Shown here: one piece after another, positions 41,614 through 51,683 of the stretch
Position numbering within the stretch: the stretch's first letter is position 1
Layout of the letters: every line of letters begins with the position of its first letter
Assembly: GCA_003696625.1 (NCBI GenBank)
Contig: RFGR01000132.1
Coordinates: forward strand, 1,909 to 65,908
Direction: 5' to 3'
DNA from: Planctomycetota bacterium
GTDB lineage: Bacteria > Planctomycetota > UBA1135
Length of the DNA: 64,000 nucleotides
Position numbers and translations under genes: made by a program
Notes under the pieces: generated by a model
What the model saw: the letters and a program-made list of their open reading frames with translations, nothing else
Told to the model about the DNA's origin: nothing
The model's database searches: none

Positions 41614-42825
41614 ATGAGTCCGGACCTGTTCGAGAAGTGCCGCCAGCCTCAGGTCTACACCCAGTTCCGGGAGGCCGGCCTCTATCCGTACTTCGTCCCG
41701 ATCGAGTCCTCCGAGGGCACCGAGGTCGAACTCGGCGGCCGCCGGGTGCTCATGTTCGGGTCGAACAACTACCTCGGCCTGACCCACGACCCGCGGGTGA
41801 TGGAAGCGGCGCGGGCGGCGATCGCCGAGTACGGCACCGGCTGCACCGGCTCGCGCTTTTTGAACGGCACCTTGCGCCTCCACCTCGACCTGGAGGAGCG
41901 CCTGGCTCGGATCATGCGCAAGGAAGCGGCCCTGGTCTTCTCGACCGGCTACCAGACCTCCCTCGGTGTGGTCACCGCCCTGGTCCGGCGCGACGAGCTG
42001 ATCCTCTGCGACCGCGAGAACCACGCCTCGATCCTGGACGGCTGCCGGTTGTCCTTCGGCGAGGTGCGCAAGTACCCGCACTGCGACCTCGACGCCCTCC
42101 GCCGCCACCTCGAGGCGACCGAGGACCGCGCCCGTCTGATCGTCACCGACGGTCTCTTCAGCATGATGGGCGACCTGGCGCCGATCCCGGAGATGGTCGA
42201 GCTGGCCCGCGAGCACGGCGCCCGCCTGCTGGTCGACGACGCCCACGGTTTCGGCGTCCTCGGACCGCACGGCACCGGCACCGCCGACCACTTCGGCCTC
42301 AACGGCCAGGTCGATCTGGTCATGGCCACCTTCTCCAAGTCGCTGGCCGGCATCGGCGGCTTCGTCGCCGGGCCGCGCGAGGTGATCGAGTTCATCCAGC
42401 ACAACGCCCGGACGATGATCTTCTCGGCCTCGGTGCCGCCGCCGGTCTGCGCCGCCACCCTCGCCTGCCTGGACATCATCGAGCAGGAACCGGAGCGGCG
42501 CCAGCGCGTCCTCGCCCGCGCCGCCCGCGGCCGCGCCGGTCTGCGCGAACTGGGCTTCAACACCGGTCCGTCCGAGAGTCCGATCGTGCCGGTGATCATC
42601 GGCAACCGCGAGCGGACCTTCCTGTTCTGGAAGTTGCTGCTCGAGGAAGGGGTCTTCGTCAACCCGGTGACCACCCCGGCCGTGCCGCCGGGGCTCGACC
42701 TGCTGCGCTGCTCTTTCATGGCCACCCACAGCGAGGAACAGGTCGACCGCTTTCTGCGCGCCTTCCGCCGCGTCCGCGAGCGGTTGCCGAAGACGCCCTT
42801 GCCCGAGCTCCCGGCCCTGAGCTGA
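41614..42825 (+). CDS. PLP-dependent alpha-oxoamine synthase, serine palmitoyltransferase-like
   Basis: ATG at 41614; 403 aa. Motifs: FGSNNYLGLT, GCTGSRFLNGT, LVFSTGYQTSLG, NHASILDGC, GLFSMMGDLAPI, LLVDDAHGFG, ATFSKS (PLP Lys), MIFSASVPPP and LLRCSFMATHS. The motif string resembles what I recall of Sphingomonas SPT more than BioF or KBL. Confidence 0.75.
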   Translation: MSPDLFEKCRQPQVYTQFREAGLYPYFVPIESSEGTEVELGGRRVLMFGSNNYLGLTHDPRVMEAARAAIAEYGTGCTGSRFLNGTLRLHLDLEERLARIMRKEAALVFSTGYQTSLGVVTALVRRDELILCDRENHASILDGCRLSFGEVRKYPHCDLDALRRHLEATEDRARLIVTDGLFSMMGDLAPIPEMVELAREHGARLLVDDAHGFGVLGPHGTGTADHFGLNGQVDLVMATFSKSLAGIGGFVAGPREVIEFIQHNARTMIFSASVPPPVCAATLACLDIIEQEPERRQRVLARAARGRAGLRELGFNTGPSESPIVPVIIGNRERTFLFWKLLLEEGVFVNPVTTPAVPPGLDLLRCSFMATHSEEQVDRFLRAFRRVRERLPKTPLPELPALS

Positions 42826-42831
42826 GCCGGG

Positions 42832-45800
42832 ATGGAGCCTTTCGTCCACCTCCACGTCCACAGCGAATACTCGCTGCTGGACGGGGCCAACCGCATCTCC
42901 GACCTGGTCCAGGCCGCGGTCGCCGACGGCCACCAGGCCTTGGCCCTGACCGACCACGGCAACCTCTACGGCGCGGTCGAGTTCTACAAGGAGTGCCGCA
43001 AGGCCGGAATCAAGCCGCTGCTGGGCTGCGAGGTCTACGTCGCCCGCGGTTCGATGCACCGCAAGCATCATCGGATCGAAAACCCCTACTGGCACCTCAC
43101 CCTGATCGCCCGGACCGGCGAGGGCTGGAAGAACCTGATGAAGCTGGCCACCGCCGCCCACCTCGAGGGGCAGCATTTCCGGCCGCGGATCGACCTCGAA
43201 CGGCTCGCCGGGCACGCCCGCGGTCTGATCTGTCTCTCCGGCTGCATGTCCGGACCGGTCAACCGCTGTCTGCGGGACGGTGACGAGGAGGGCGCCCTGG
43301 CCATGGCCGGCCGCCTCCAGGAGATGTTCGGCCGCGAACACTTTTTCCTTGAGGTGATGCGCAACGGTCTCGCCGAGCAGGACCGCCTGACCGAGGGCAT
43401 GGTCCGCCTGCAGCCGCGGCTGGGGGCGCCGCTGATCGCGACCAACGACATCCACTACCTGCGCCAGGAGGACTGCGAGGTCCAGGACGCCCTGATCTGC
43501 CTGCACCAGAACACCAAGCTGGACGACCCGGACCGCTGGCGGCTCGACAGCGAGACCCTGTTCTTCCGCTCGCGCGAGCAGATGAACCGGATCTTCGCCG
43601 ACCTGCCCGGCGCTCTGCGCACCACCCTCGACGTGGCCGAGCAGGTCGAGGTCGAGCTCGAGCTGGGCCGCCACCGCCTGCCCCGCTTCGTGCCGGACGA
43701 CGGCGGCGACCCCGACCAGCTCTTTGAACGCCTGTGCGAGGAGGGATTCGCCCGCCGCTATCCGGGGAATCCGCCGGCGGCCCGCGAGCGGCTCGAATAC
43801 GAGAAGCGGGTCATCCGGGAGATGGGCTTCGTCTCCTACTTCCTGATCGTCTGGGACCTGATCCGCTACGCCCGGTCGCAGGGCATTCCGGTCGGTCCCG
43901 GGCGCGGCTCGGCCGCCGGCTCGGTGGTCGCCTACTGCCTCGGCATCACCCGGATCGATCCGCTCCGCTACGACCTGATCTTCGAGCGCTTCCTGAACAG
44001 CTCGCGGATCTCGATGCCGGACATCGACATCGACTTCTGCAAGGACCGGCGCGAGGAGATGCTGGCCTACACCCGCCGCCGCTACGGCGACGAGAACGTC
44101 TGTCAGATCATCACCTTCGGCAAACTCAAGGCCAAGAACGCCCTGCGCGACATGGCCCGGGTCCTCGACCTGCCGCTGGCCGAGGTCAACCAGGCGGCCA
44201 AGAAGGTGCCCGACGGCCCCGGCGTCCGCCTGCGCGAGGTGCTCGACCGGGAGCCCGAGCTGGCCGAGATCGGCCGGACCTCCGACCGCCATCGCAAGTG
44301 GTTCGAGCTGGCGCAGCGGGTCGAGGGTCTGTCGCGGAACGCCGGCGTCCACGCCGCCGGCGTCATCATCGCCGATCAGCCGCTGGCCGAGATCGTGCCG
44401 CTGTCGCGCCTGAACGACGCCACCACCACCCAGTGGGACATGAAGGTGTGCGAGGAGGTCGGGCTTCTGAAGATGGACTTCCTCGGCCTCCGCACCCTGA
44501 CCATCCTCGAGGACGCGGTGCGGATGGTTCGCGAGCGGGGCAGCGGCGAGATCGACCTGGCCGAGCTGCCGCTCGACGACCCCGAGGTCTACGCCCTGCT
44601 CCAGGCCGCCGACACCGAGGGCGTCTTCCAGCTCGAGTCGGCCGGCATGCGACGGCTGCTGGCCGAGCTGCGGCCCGACTGCTTCGAGGACCTGATCGCG
44701 GTCCTGGCCTTGTTCCGGCCGGGACCGCTCGGCTCCGGCCTGCATCAGACCTACGCTCGGCGCAAGCACGGCCAGGAGCAGGTCAGCTACCCCCACCCGC
44801 TGCTCGAGGAGGTCCTGCGCGAGACCTACGGGGTGCTGATCTACCAGGAGCAGATCATGCGCGTGGCCCAAAAGATGGGCGGCTTCAGCCTGAACGAGGC
44901 CGACACCCTGCGCAAGGCGATGGGCAAGAAGAAGCGCGAGCTGATGGAGCCGTTCGAGCGGCCCTTCCTCGCCGGCGCCGCCGAACGCGGAGTGTCCGAG
45001 GAGACCGCGCGCGAGGTCTGGGAGATGATGGTCAAGTTCGCCGAGTACGGCTTCAACAAGAGCCACTCGGCCGCCTACGCCCTGGTCACTTACCAGGCCG
45101 CCTGGCTGAAGGTTCATCACCCGGCCGAGTTCTACGCCAGTTCCTTCACCCACGAAGCCGCCGACTCCGACAAGCTGCGGGTCCTGCTCGAGGACGCCCG
45201 CCGGCACGGAATCGCCCTGCTGCCGCCCTGCGTCCGCGTGTCCGGCCCCGACTTCACCGTCACCGCCGACGGCGCCGTCCGCTTCGGTCTGGCCGCGGTC
45301 AAGGGGGTGGGCCGCGGCGCCGCCGAGGTCCTGGTCGAGCTGCGCGCGGCCCGACCGGACGGTCCCTGGCACGACCTCCAGGACCTCTACGTCGACGCCG
45401 CCTCCCGCGGGCTCAACCGCACCACCCTCGAGAGCCTGATCAAGGCCGGAGCAATGGATTCCTTCGGCCGCCGGCGGCTCGACCTGCTCGAGGACCTGGA
45501 GACCTCCCTGGCCGCCGCCCAGGCCCGGGCCAAGGACCGCGCCACCGGCCAGGACTGGCTGTTCGCCGCCGGCCCCGCCCCCGCCGACCCAACGCCGGCG
45601 GCCGCGGCCGGCGAGGCCAGCAGCGCCCGCCTGCGCCCCCTGAGCGACGAGGAGCGCCGCCGGACCCTGGCCCTGGAAAAGGAGGCCCTCGGCCTCTACC
45701 TGACCCGGCATCCGCTCGACCCCTACCGGGAGGTGCTGCCGGGCGTCTCGCCCTGGAACAGCCGCAACCTCGTCGAAGCCCCGGACCGCGGCCAGCTCAC

Positions 45801-46353
45801 CTTGGCCGGGATCGCCACCATGGTCGAGATCCGCGGCACCCGCAAGGATCCGGCCCGCAAGTACGCCCGGCTGCGGATCGAGGACCTTTACGGCTCGGTC
45901 GCGGCGGTGGCTTGGCCGAGCACCTGGGAGCGGCACCGGGAGCAACTGGTCGAGGACTTCGTCGGCCTCTTCACCGGCGTCGTCGAGCACGGCGGCGACA
46001 GCGTCACCTTCCAGATCGAGAGCATCCAGCCGCTCGGCGAGCGCGACCGGCTCCGCCTCGAGGGCAGCCTCGAGCTGCAGCTCGCCGGCGAGCGGCCGCC
46101 GCTCGAGGAGATCGCCGGGGTCCTCCGCCGCCATCCCGGGCCGTCCCCGGTCCGCTTCCGCTACACCGCTCCGGACGGCCGCGAGCGCCGCCTGCGCTGC
46201 GACGGCTCCTGGGGCGTCACCCTCGACGCCGCCCTCCTCGACCGCCTCGCCGCCCTCCTCGGGCGCGAGGCGGTCCGAGTGCTGCCGCCGCGGCGCCGGG
46301 CGACTCCGGCGCCCGAGCCCCGCTGGCGACGGCAGGAGGCCGCCCGAACCTGA
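42832..46353 (+). CDS. dnaE: DNA polymerase III alpha subunit
   Basis: 1173 aa. PHP domain MEPFVHLHVHSEYSLLDGA. Polymerase core motifs: GSAAGSVVAYCLGIT, DIDIDF, HAAGVIIAD and LKMDFLGLRTLT. Confidence 0.97.
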   Translation: MEPFVHLHVHSEYSLLDGANRISDLVQAAVADGHQALALTDHGNLYGAVEFYKECRKAGIKPLLGCEVYVARGSMHRKHHRIENPYWHLTLIARTGEGWKNLMKLATAAHLEGQHFRPRIDLERLAGHARGLICLSGCMSGPVNRCLRDGDEEGALAMAGRLQEMFGREHFFLEVMRNGLAEQDRLTEGMVRLQPRLGAPLIATNDIHYLRQEDCEVQDALICLHQNTKLDDPDRWRLDSETLFFRSREQMNRIFADLPGALRTTLDVAEQVEVELELGRHRLPRFVPDDGGDPDQLFERLCEEGFARRYPGNPPAARERLEYEKRVIREMGFVSYFLIVWDLIRYARSQGIPVGPGRGSAAGSVVAYCLGITRIDPLRYDLIFERFLNSSRISMPDIDIDFCKDRREEMLAYTRRRYGDENVCQIITFGKLKAKNALRDMARVLDLPLAEVNQAAKKVPDGPGVRLREVLDREPELAEIGRTSDRHRKWFELAQRVEGLSRNAGVHAAGVIIADQPLAEIVPLSRLNDATTTQWDMKVCEEVGLLKMDFLGLRTLTILEDAVRMVRERGSGEIDLAELPLDDPEVYALLQAADTEGVFQLESAGMRRLLAELRPDCFEDLIAVLALFRPGPLGSGLHQTYARRKHGQEQVSYPHPLLEEVLRETYGVLIYQEQIMRVAQKMGGFSLNEADTLRKAMGKKKRELMEPFERPFLAGAAERGVSEETAREVWEMMVKFAEYGFNKSHSAAYALVTYQAAWLKVHHPAEFYASSFTHEAADSDKLRVLLEDARRHGIALLPPCVRVSGPDFTVTADGAVRFGLAAVKGVGRGAAEVLVELRAARPDGPWHDLQDLYVDAASRGLNRTTLESLIKAGAMDSFGRRRLDLLEDLETSLAAAQARAKDRATGQDWLFAAGPAPADPTPAAAAGEASSARLRPLSDEERRRTLALEKEALGLYLTRHPLDPYREVLPGVSPWNSRNLVEAPDRGQLTLAGIATMVEIRGTRKDPARKYARLRIEDLYGSVAAVAWPSTWERHREQLVEDFVGLFTGVVEHGGDSVTFQIESIQPLGERDRLRLEGSLELQLAGERPPLEEIAGVLRRHPGPSPVRFRYTAPDGRERRLRCDGSWGVTLDAALLDRLAALLGREAVRVLPPRRRATPAPEPRWRRQEAART

Positions 46354-46377
46354 GGCCGGCCGCCGGCCCCGGCGGCC

Positions 46378-46426
46378 GGGAAAACGAAACCGGCAGCGGC
46401 CCGGACCGGGTCCGGGCCGCTGCCGG
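46378..46426 (-). terminator. intrinsic terminator of the alpha operon (between convergent rplQ and dnaE)
   Basis: 17-bp perfect stem CCGGCAGCGGCCCGGAC / GTCCGGGCCGCTGCCGG with a 3-nt loop (46390-46426). On the minus strand it is followed by TTTCGTTTTCCC (46378-46389). Confidence 0.6.
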
Positions 46427-46459
46427 CGGCGCTGACGGCCGGCGGCGCCGGCCGTTCGG

Positions 46460-46858
46460 CTAGTCGGCGGCCGGCTCCAGCTCCGGCTCGGCCTCGGACC
46501 GCTCGACGAACTCGAACAGGGCGCGCTCGGCCTTGTCGCCCAGCCGCGGCCGGGCCAGCTTGACGATCCGGGTGTAGCCGCCGGGACGATCCTTGAAACG
46601 GGGACCGAGGACGTGGAAGAGCTTGTGCACCGCGTCCTCGCGGTTGCCGAGCAGGGCCAGGGCCCGCCGGTAGTTGTGCAGGGTGTTGGTCCGGGCCAGG
46701 GAGACCAGCTTCTCGACGAACGGCCGATGGGCCTTGGCCTTGGTCAGGGTGGTCTCGATCCGCTCGTGCTCGATCAGGGCGCAGGCCAGATTGCGGGCCA
46801 GCGCCCGGCGGTGGGCGCCGGTGCGGGAGAGGTTGCGGGTCTTGACGCGGTGTCGCAT
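46460..46858 (-). CDS. rplQ: 50S ribosomal protein L17
   Basis: 132 aa starting MRHRVKTRNLSRTGAHRRALARNLACALIEHERIETT; follows rpoA. Confidence 0.97.
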   Translation of the reverse strand: MRHRVKTRNLSRTGAHRRALARNLACALIEHERIETTLTKAKAHRPFVEKLVSLARTNTLHNYRRALALLGNREDAVHKLFHVLGPRFKDRPGGYTRIVKLARPRLGDKAERALFEFVERSEAEPELEPAAD

Positions 46859-46871
46859 GGCGAAGCTCCGT

Positions 46872-47879
46872 TCAGACCTCGACGCCCTCGTCGAGGCTCA
46901 TGCCGATGCTCAGATCGAGATCGCCCAGCTTGCGCTCGATCTCGGTGAGGACGGTCTGGCCGAGGTTCTTGATCGCCAGCAGCTCGTCCTTGGTCTTGCT
47001 GACCAGGTCGCCGAGGGTGGCGATTCCGGCCGTGTCCAGGCAGTTGCGGGCCCGGGTGGAGAGTTCGAGGCGCTCTATCGGCTCGTTGAGAAGGGTGCTG
47101 AGCCGCTCCCGCCGCCGCTCGGCGGCGGCGTCGATCGCCCGCACCTCGTGAACCACCGGCACGCCGGTGGCCGGCCGGCTGAACTGCACGAAGGGATTGA
47201 GGTGCTTGCGGTAGATCTTGGCCGCCTCGACCAGGGCCATCTGGGGCGAGACGGTGCCGTCGGTCCAGATCTCGAGGACCAAGCGGTCGTAGTTGGTGAA
47301 CTTGCCGACCCGGGTGGCCTCGATGCCGTAGCGGACCCGCTTGACCGGCGAGAAGCCGGCGTCGAGCGGGATCAGGCCGATCTGATCCATCGGCTCGCCG
47401 GTTTCCTCGGCGGCGACGAAGCCGCGGCCGCGGCGGACGGTGGCCTTGATCGACAGCCGGCGCTCGTCGTCGGTGATCGTGCAGATGTGCAGATCCGGAT
47501 TGACGATCGTCACCCCGGCCGGGCACTCGAGGTCGGCGGCGGTGACTTCGCCGGTCCCGGACTTGTCCAGGGTCAGGGTGACCGGGGCCTCGCCCTCGAC
47601 CTGGACCAGCAGGCGCTTGAAGGCCAGGACCAAGTCGGTGACGTCCTCGACCACGCCCGGGATCGACTTGAACTCGTGCTCGACCCCGTCGATCTCGATC
47701 GCGGTGACCGCGGTGCCCTCGATCGAGCTGAGCAGGACCCGGCGCAGGCCGTTGCCGATGGTGTGGCCGAAGCCGCGCTCGAACGGCTCGACAATGAAGC
47801 GCCCGTAGCTCTCGGTGGCGCTCTCTTGGTCCATGACCACCCCGGAGGGCAGTTCGAAATCCCGCCAGCGAATGCGCAT
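46872..47879 (-). CDS. rpoA: DNA-directed RNA polymerase alpha subunit
   Basis: 335 aa. Sequences SYGRFIVEPFERGFGHTIGNGLRRVLLSS and C-terminal domain ELSTRARNCLDTAGI. Confidence 0.97.
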   Translation of the reverse strand: MRIRWRDFELPSGVVMDQESATESYGRFIVEPFERGFGHTIGNGLRRVLLSSIEGTAVTAIEIDGVEHEFKSIPGVVEDVTDLVLAFKRLLVQVEGEAPVTLTLDKSGTGEVTAADLECPAGVTIVNPDLHICTITDDERRLSIKATVRRGRGFVAAEETGEPMDQIGLIPLDAGFSPVKRVRYGIEATRVGKFTNYDRLVLEIWTDGTVSPQMALVEAAKIYRKHLNPFVQFSRPATGVPVVHEVRAIDAAAERRRERLSTLLNEPIERLELSTRARNCLDTAGIATLGDLVSKTKDELLAIKNLGQTVLTEIERKLGDLDLSIGMSLDEGVEV

Positions 47880-47912
47880 CTGTTCCGGTTCCTCTAGGTT
47901 GCTCTGGTTCGC

Positions 47913-48545
47913 CTACTTGGAGCAGAGCTCGACGATGAACTGCTCTTGAATGTCCTGGAAGCGCACGTCCTCGCGCGCCGGCAGATTGAGGATCCTGACC
48001 GTCTTGGCGCCGGCGTCGACCTGGAGCCAGGAGGGCACGGACTTGTCGCTGTTCAGGGTCAGACAGTCTTCGACCATCTTGCGCGACTTCTCCCTCGCCG
48101 CCGGGGCGACGACGTCCCCCGGCCGAACCAGGGCGCTGGCGACGTCGACCTTGCGGCCGTTGACGGTGAAGTGGCCGTGGCTGATCATCTGCCGCGCGTG
48201 CGGCCGCGACAGCGACATGCCGGCGGCGTCGACGACGTTGTCCAGGCGCCGCTCGAGGATCGACATCAGGTTGACGCCGGTGTTCCCCTTCATCCGCTCG
48301 GCGAGCTGGAAGTAGCGCTTGAACTGGCGCTCCATGACGCCGTAGATCCGCTTCACCTTCTGCTTCTCGCGCAGGTGGACGCCGTAGTCCGACAGGCGCC
48401 GGGTGCGGGCTCGGATGTTCATCCCCGGCGGGACGTTGCGCCGGTCGACGGCGCACTTCTCGCTCTCGCAGCGGCGCCCCTTGAGGAACAGCTTGTAGCC
48501 CTCGCGGCGGCAGAGGCGGCAGACGTTTCCGGTGTATCGAGCCAT
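47913..48545 (-). CDS. rpsD: 30S ribosomal protein S4
   Basis: 210 aa starting MARYTGNVCRLCRREGYKLFLKG. Confidence 0.97.
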   Translation of the reverse strand: MARYTGNVCRLCRREGYKLFLKGRRCESEKCAVDRRNVPPGMNIRARTRRLSDYGVHLREKQKVKRIYGVMERQFKRYFQLAERMKGNTGVNLMSILERRLDNVVDAAGMSLSRPHARQMISHGHFTVNGRKVDVASALVRPGDVVAPAAREKSRKMVEDCLTLNSDKSVPSWLQVDAGAKTVRILNLPAREDVRFQDIQEQFIVELCSK

Positions 48546-48547
48546 GG

Positions 48548-48934
48548 TCAGACGCGACGCTTCTTGCGCGGACGGCAGCCGTTATGCGGCAGCGGGGTGA
48601 CGTCCTCGATCGAGAGAACGCGGAGGCCGGCCTGGTGCAGGCCGCGGATGGCGCTCTCGCGGCCGGAGCCGGGCCCCTTGACCCGAACCTCGATCTCGCG
48701 CAGGCCCATCTTGTAGGCGGCCTCGCCGCACTTGCGGGCGGCGGACTGGGCGGCGAAGGGGGTCGACTTGCGCGATCCCTTGTAGCCGACCGTGCCGGAG
48801 GATCCCCAGCCGATCACGTTGCCCTGCTGATCGGTGAGGGTGGTGATCGTGTTGTTGAAGGTGGAGCGGATGTGGGCGATGCCGCGGGCCGCGACCTTCT
48901 TGCCCTTCCGCTTGCTCGACTTGGCTGCACTCAT
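48548..48934 (-). CDS. rpsK: 30S ribosomal protein S11
   Basis: 128 aa containing [30 protein letters not shown]. Confidence 0.97.
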   Translation of the reverse strand: MSAAKSSKRKGKKVAARGIAHIRSTFNNTITTLTDQQGNVIGWGSSGTVGYKGSRKSTPFAAQSAARKCGEAAYKMGLREIEVRVKGPGSGRESAIRGLHQAGLRVLSIEDVTPLPHNGCRPRKKRRV

Positions 48935-48959
48935 GTTCTCGTCGCGACGCTGGCGATGC

Positions 48960-49343
48960 TCACTTCATCGCCTTGACCGACTTCTTGCCGGCCACGGTCT
49001 TCTTCGGGCCCTTGCGGGTGCGGGCGTTGGTCTTGGTGCGCTGGCCGCGGACCGGCAGCCCGCGCCGATGGCGGAGGCCCCGGTAGCAGGCGATGTCGCG
49101 CAGGCGGTGGATGTTCTGGGTGACCTGGCGCCGGAGCGCGCCCTCGACCAGGTAGTTCGATTCGAGGTGGGCGCTGATCGCACCGAGTTCCTCGTCGCTG
49201 AGTTCCTTGGCCCGCCGGTCGGGGTCGAGGCCGAGGGCGGCGCAGGTGGCGGCGGCGGTGGTCGGGCCGACGCCGTAGATGTAGGTCAGGGCGACGACGG
49301 TTCGTTTGTTGTCGGGGATCTCGACACCGATGAGACGGGCCAT
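48960..49343 (-). CDS. rpsM: 30S ribosomal protein S13
   Basis: 127 aa starting [26 protein letters not shown]. Confidence 0.97.
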   Translation of the reverse strand: MARLIGVEIPDNKRTVVALTYIYGVGPTTAAATCAALGLDPDRRAKELSDEELGAISAHLESNYLVEGALRRQVTQNIHRLRDIACYRGLRHRRGLPVRGQRTKTNARTRKGPKKTVAGKKSVKAMK

Positions 49344-49358
49344 GGGATGGTTCCTCGC

Positions 49359-49475
49359 TCAGCCTTGGCGCTGCTTGTGGCGCGGATCTCGGGAGCAGAT
49401 CACCCGCAGCTTGCCGTGGCGGCGGATGATCTTGCAGTAGTCGCAGATGCGGCGGACGCTGCTTCGGACCTTCAT
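49359..49475 (-). CDS. rpmJ: 50S ribosomal protein L36
   Basis: Below the ORF-track size cutoff. My minus-strand reading gives [38 protein letters not shown] (38 aa). It sits in the canonical slot between infA and rpsM. Confidence 0.9.
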   Translation of the reverse strand: MKVRSSVRRICDYCKIIRRHGKLRVICSRDPRHKQRQG

Positions 49476-49495
49476 GATCGGGATGACTCGCTGGC

Positions 49496-49780
49496 TCAAC
49501 GGCGGCGCGGTCCGCGGCGCCGTTTCCGCGACCCGGTCCGCCTGCCGCCGCCGTCCGTTCGCCGCTCGCCGCGGTAGACGACGCGGCAGCGGGTGAGGTC
49601 GTACGGGGACATTTCGACGGTGACCGTGTCGCCGGGGGTGATGCGGATGTAGTGTTTGCGCATCCGCCCGGAGATGTGGGCCAGGACCTCGTGGCCGTTC
49701 TCGAGCACCACCTTGAACATCGCGTTCGGGAGGGCCTCCCGCACGACGGCCTTGACGGTGATCGGTTCTTCCTTGGCCAT
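49496..49780 (-). CDS. infA: translation initiation factor IF-1 with an Arg-rich C-terminal extension
   Basis: ATG at 49780; 94 aa. Core [70 protein letters not shown], followed by [24 protein letters not shown]. Confidence 0.92.
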   Translation of the reverse strand: MAKEEPITVKAVVREALPNAMFKVVLENGHEVLAHISGRMRKHYIRITPGDTVTVEMSPYDLTRCRVVYRGERRTDGGGRRTGSRKRRRGPRRR

Positions 49781-49784
49781 GGTC

Positions 49785-50354
49785 CTAGGAACGGTGATCC
49801 GCCACGACCGAGTCGAGGATCTCGAGGAACTCGGTCTGGATGACGGGAATGTCCCGGTCGGCGTCGATCCGGCGCAGGAGATCCTGCCGCTGGTAGAAGC
49901 CGACCAGGGGTTCGGTGGTCTCGTGGTAGACCGCGAGACGGTGCCTGACGGTCGCCTCGTCGTCGTCGGCCCGGCCGCGGCCCAGCAAACGACGCACCAG
50001 CACCTCGTCGGGAGCCGTGAAGTATACCGCCAGCCGGACCGCACGGCCAGTGGCCGGTCCGGCCAGGGCCTCGGCCTGGGGCAGCGTGCGCGGGAAGCCG
50101 TCAAGGAGCAGGAGGCCGCCCGGATCCAGGTTCTGGCAGCGGCGGGAAACCATCTCGACCATGATCTCGTCCGGGACCAGGTCGCCCCGTTCCATGTAGC
50201 AGGCGGCGCGGCGGCCGACCTCGCTGCCGGCGGCGACCTCCTCCCGCAGCAGGTCGCCGGTCGAAAGATGGGTCCACCCCGTCCGAGCCGCGGCGGCCGC
50301 GGCGGCCTGAGTGCCCTTGCCGGCGCCGGGAGGACCGAGGAGGACGACGATCAC
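49785..50354 (-). CDS. adk: adenylate kinase (short-LID form)
   Basis: GTG at 50354, 5 nt after the secY stop; 189 aa. P-loop (M)[15 protein letters not shown]; [10 protein letters not shown]. No Cys4 LID. Confidence 0.88.
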   Translation of the reverse strand: MIVVLLGPPGAGKGTQAAAAAAARTGWTHLSTGDLLREEVAAGSEVGRRAACYMERGDLVPDEIMVEMVSRRCQNLDPGGLLLLDGFPRTLPQAEALAGPATGRAVRLAVYFTAPDEVLVRRLLGRGRADDDEATVRHRLAVYHETTEPLVGFYQRQDLLRRIDADRDIPVIQTEFLEILDSVVADHRS

Positions 50355-50359
50355 CGCGA

Positions 50360-51676
50360 TCAGCTCCGGCGCCGGGCCCAACCGGTCCCGCCCCCCTTCA
50401 TGAAACCGTCGTAGTTCCTCATCAGGAGGTGGGCATTGAGTTTGTCGACCACGTCCAGGGCGACGCCGACCACGATCAGGATCGAGGTGCCGCCGAGGAA
50501 GTAGCCGATCGTCGGGTGGACGTTCAGGTTCGAGGTCAGCAGGTCGGGCAGGACGGCGATCGCCGCCAGGAAGGCCGAACCCGCCAGGGTGATCCGGTCG
50601 AGCACGAAGCTCAGGTACTCGGCCGTGGCGCGGCCGGGGCGGATGCCCGGGATGAAGGAGCCGTACTCCTTGAGGTTGTTGGCGATCTCCTCGGGCTGGA
50701 ACATCAGCCGGACCCAGAAGAACGAGAAGAAGAAGATCAGGCCGATCTTCGTCATCAGGAAGACGAAGCCCATCCGCCGCCCGAAGATCTCGTTCAGCCA
50801 GCCCAGGCCGGGGATGTTGCCCAGGACCGAGGGAACGATGAACAGGGCCGAAGCGAAGATGATCGGCATCACTCCGGCCTGGTTGACCCGCAGCGGCAGG
50901 TAGTGACGGGAGCCGCCCATGACCTTGCGGCCGCGGGTGAGCTTGGCCTGCTGGATCGGGATCCGGCGCTGGCCGCGGGTGATGTAGACCACCACCAGGA
51001 CCGTCACCACCCAGATCGCCGACAGCGTGACCGCCATCTGGTGGGCGTTCTCGGCCATCTCCAGGAACTGCTGGACGGCGCTCGGAATGCGGGAAATGAT
51101 CCCGCACATGATGATGACGGAGACGCCGTTGCCGAGGCCGTGCTCGCTGATCTGCTCGCCCAGCCACATGATGAACATGGTGCCGGCGGTGAGCGAGAGG
51201 ATCACGTTCAGGCCGTAGAGCATCGTCACCCCGCCGACGGTGAGGCCGAACTCGGGGTTGAGGATGACGCCCCAGAGGACGAAGAAGGCCTGGAGGATGC
51301 AGATCGGGATGGTCGCCAGCCGGGTGTACTGGTTGATCTTCTTCTGGCCGGCGGCGCCCTCCTTGGAGATCGCCTCCAGCGCCGGCACGACCTTGACCAG
51401 CAGGCTGAAGATGATCGAGGCCGAGATGTAGGGCATCACCCCGAGGGAGAACAGCGTCGCGCTACCGATGCCGGCGCCGGTGAAGGCGTTCATGATGCCG
51501 AACAGACCGGCCAGGCTGCCCCCCACCCGCTGCTCCGCCGCTTCCTTGACCACCTCCAGGTTGATGCCCGGAAGCGGGATCTGGAACCCCAGCCGGTAGA
51601 GGGCCAGCAGCGCGAAGGTGATCAGGATCCGCTTGCGCAGGTCCGGGATCCGGAACAGGGCGAGGAACTGGTCCAT
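50360..51676 (-). CDS. secY: preprotein translocase subunit SecY
   Basis: 438 aa containing RKRILITFALLALYRLGFQIPLPGI, with 10 TM-like segments. Confidence 0.97.
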   Translation of the reverse strand: MDQFLALFRIPDLRKRILITFALLALYRLGFQIPLPGINLEVVKEAAEQRVGGSLAGLFGIMNAFTGAGIGSATLFSLGVMPYISASIIFSLLVKVVPALEAISKEGAAGQKKINQYTRLATIPICILQAFFVLWGVILNPEFGLTVGGVTMLYGLNVILSLTAGTMFIMWLGEQISEHGLGNGVSVIIMCGIISRIPSAVQQFLEMAENAHQMAVTLSAIWVVTVLVVVYITRGQRRIPIQQAKLTRGRKVMGGSRHYLPLRVNQAGVMPIIFASALFIVPSVLGNIPGLGWLNEIFGRRMGFVFLMTKIGLIFFFSFFWVRLMFQPEEIANNLKEYGSFIPGIRPGRATAEYLSFVLDRITLAGSAFLAAIAVLPDLLTSNLNVHPTIGYFLGGTSILIVVGVALDVVDKLNAHLLMRNYDGFMKGGGTGWARRRS

Positions 51677-51683
51677 CCGCGGC

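Noticed and set aside
41557-46134. 1525-aa minus-strand ORF antisense to dnaE and the SPT-like gene; also 43734..46463 (+) and 40155..43283 (+)
   Set aside because: dnaE and the alpha-oxoamine synthase are unambiguous on the plus strand in other frames. The alternatives are Arg/Pro/Gly-rich artefacts.
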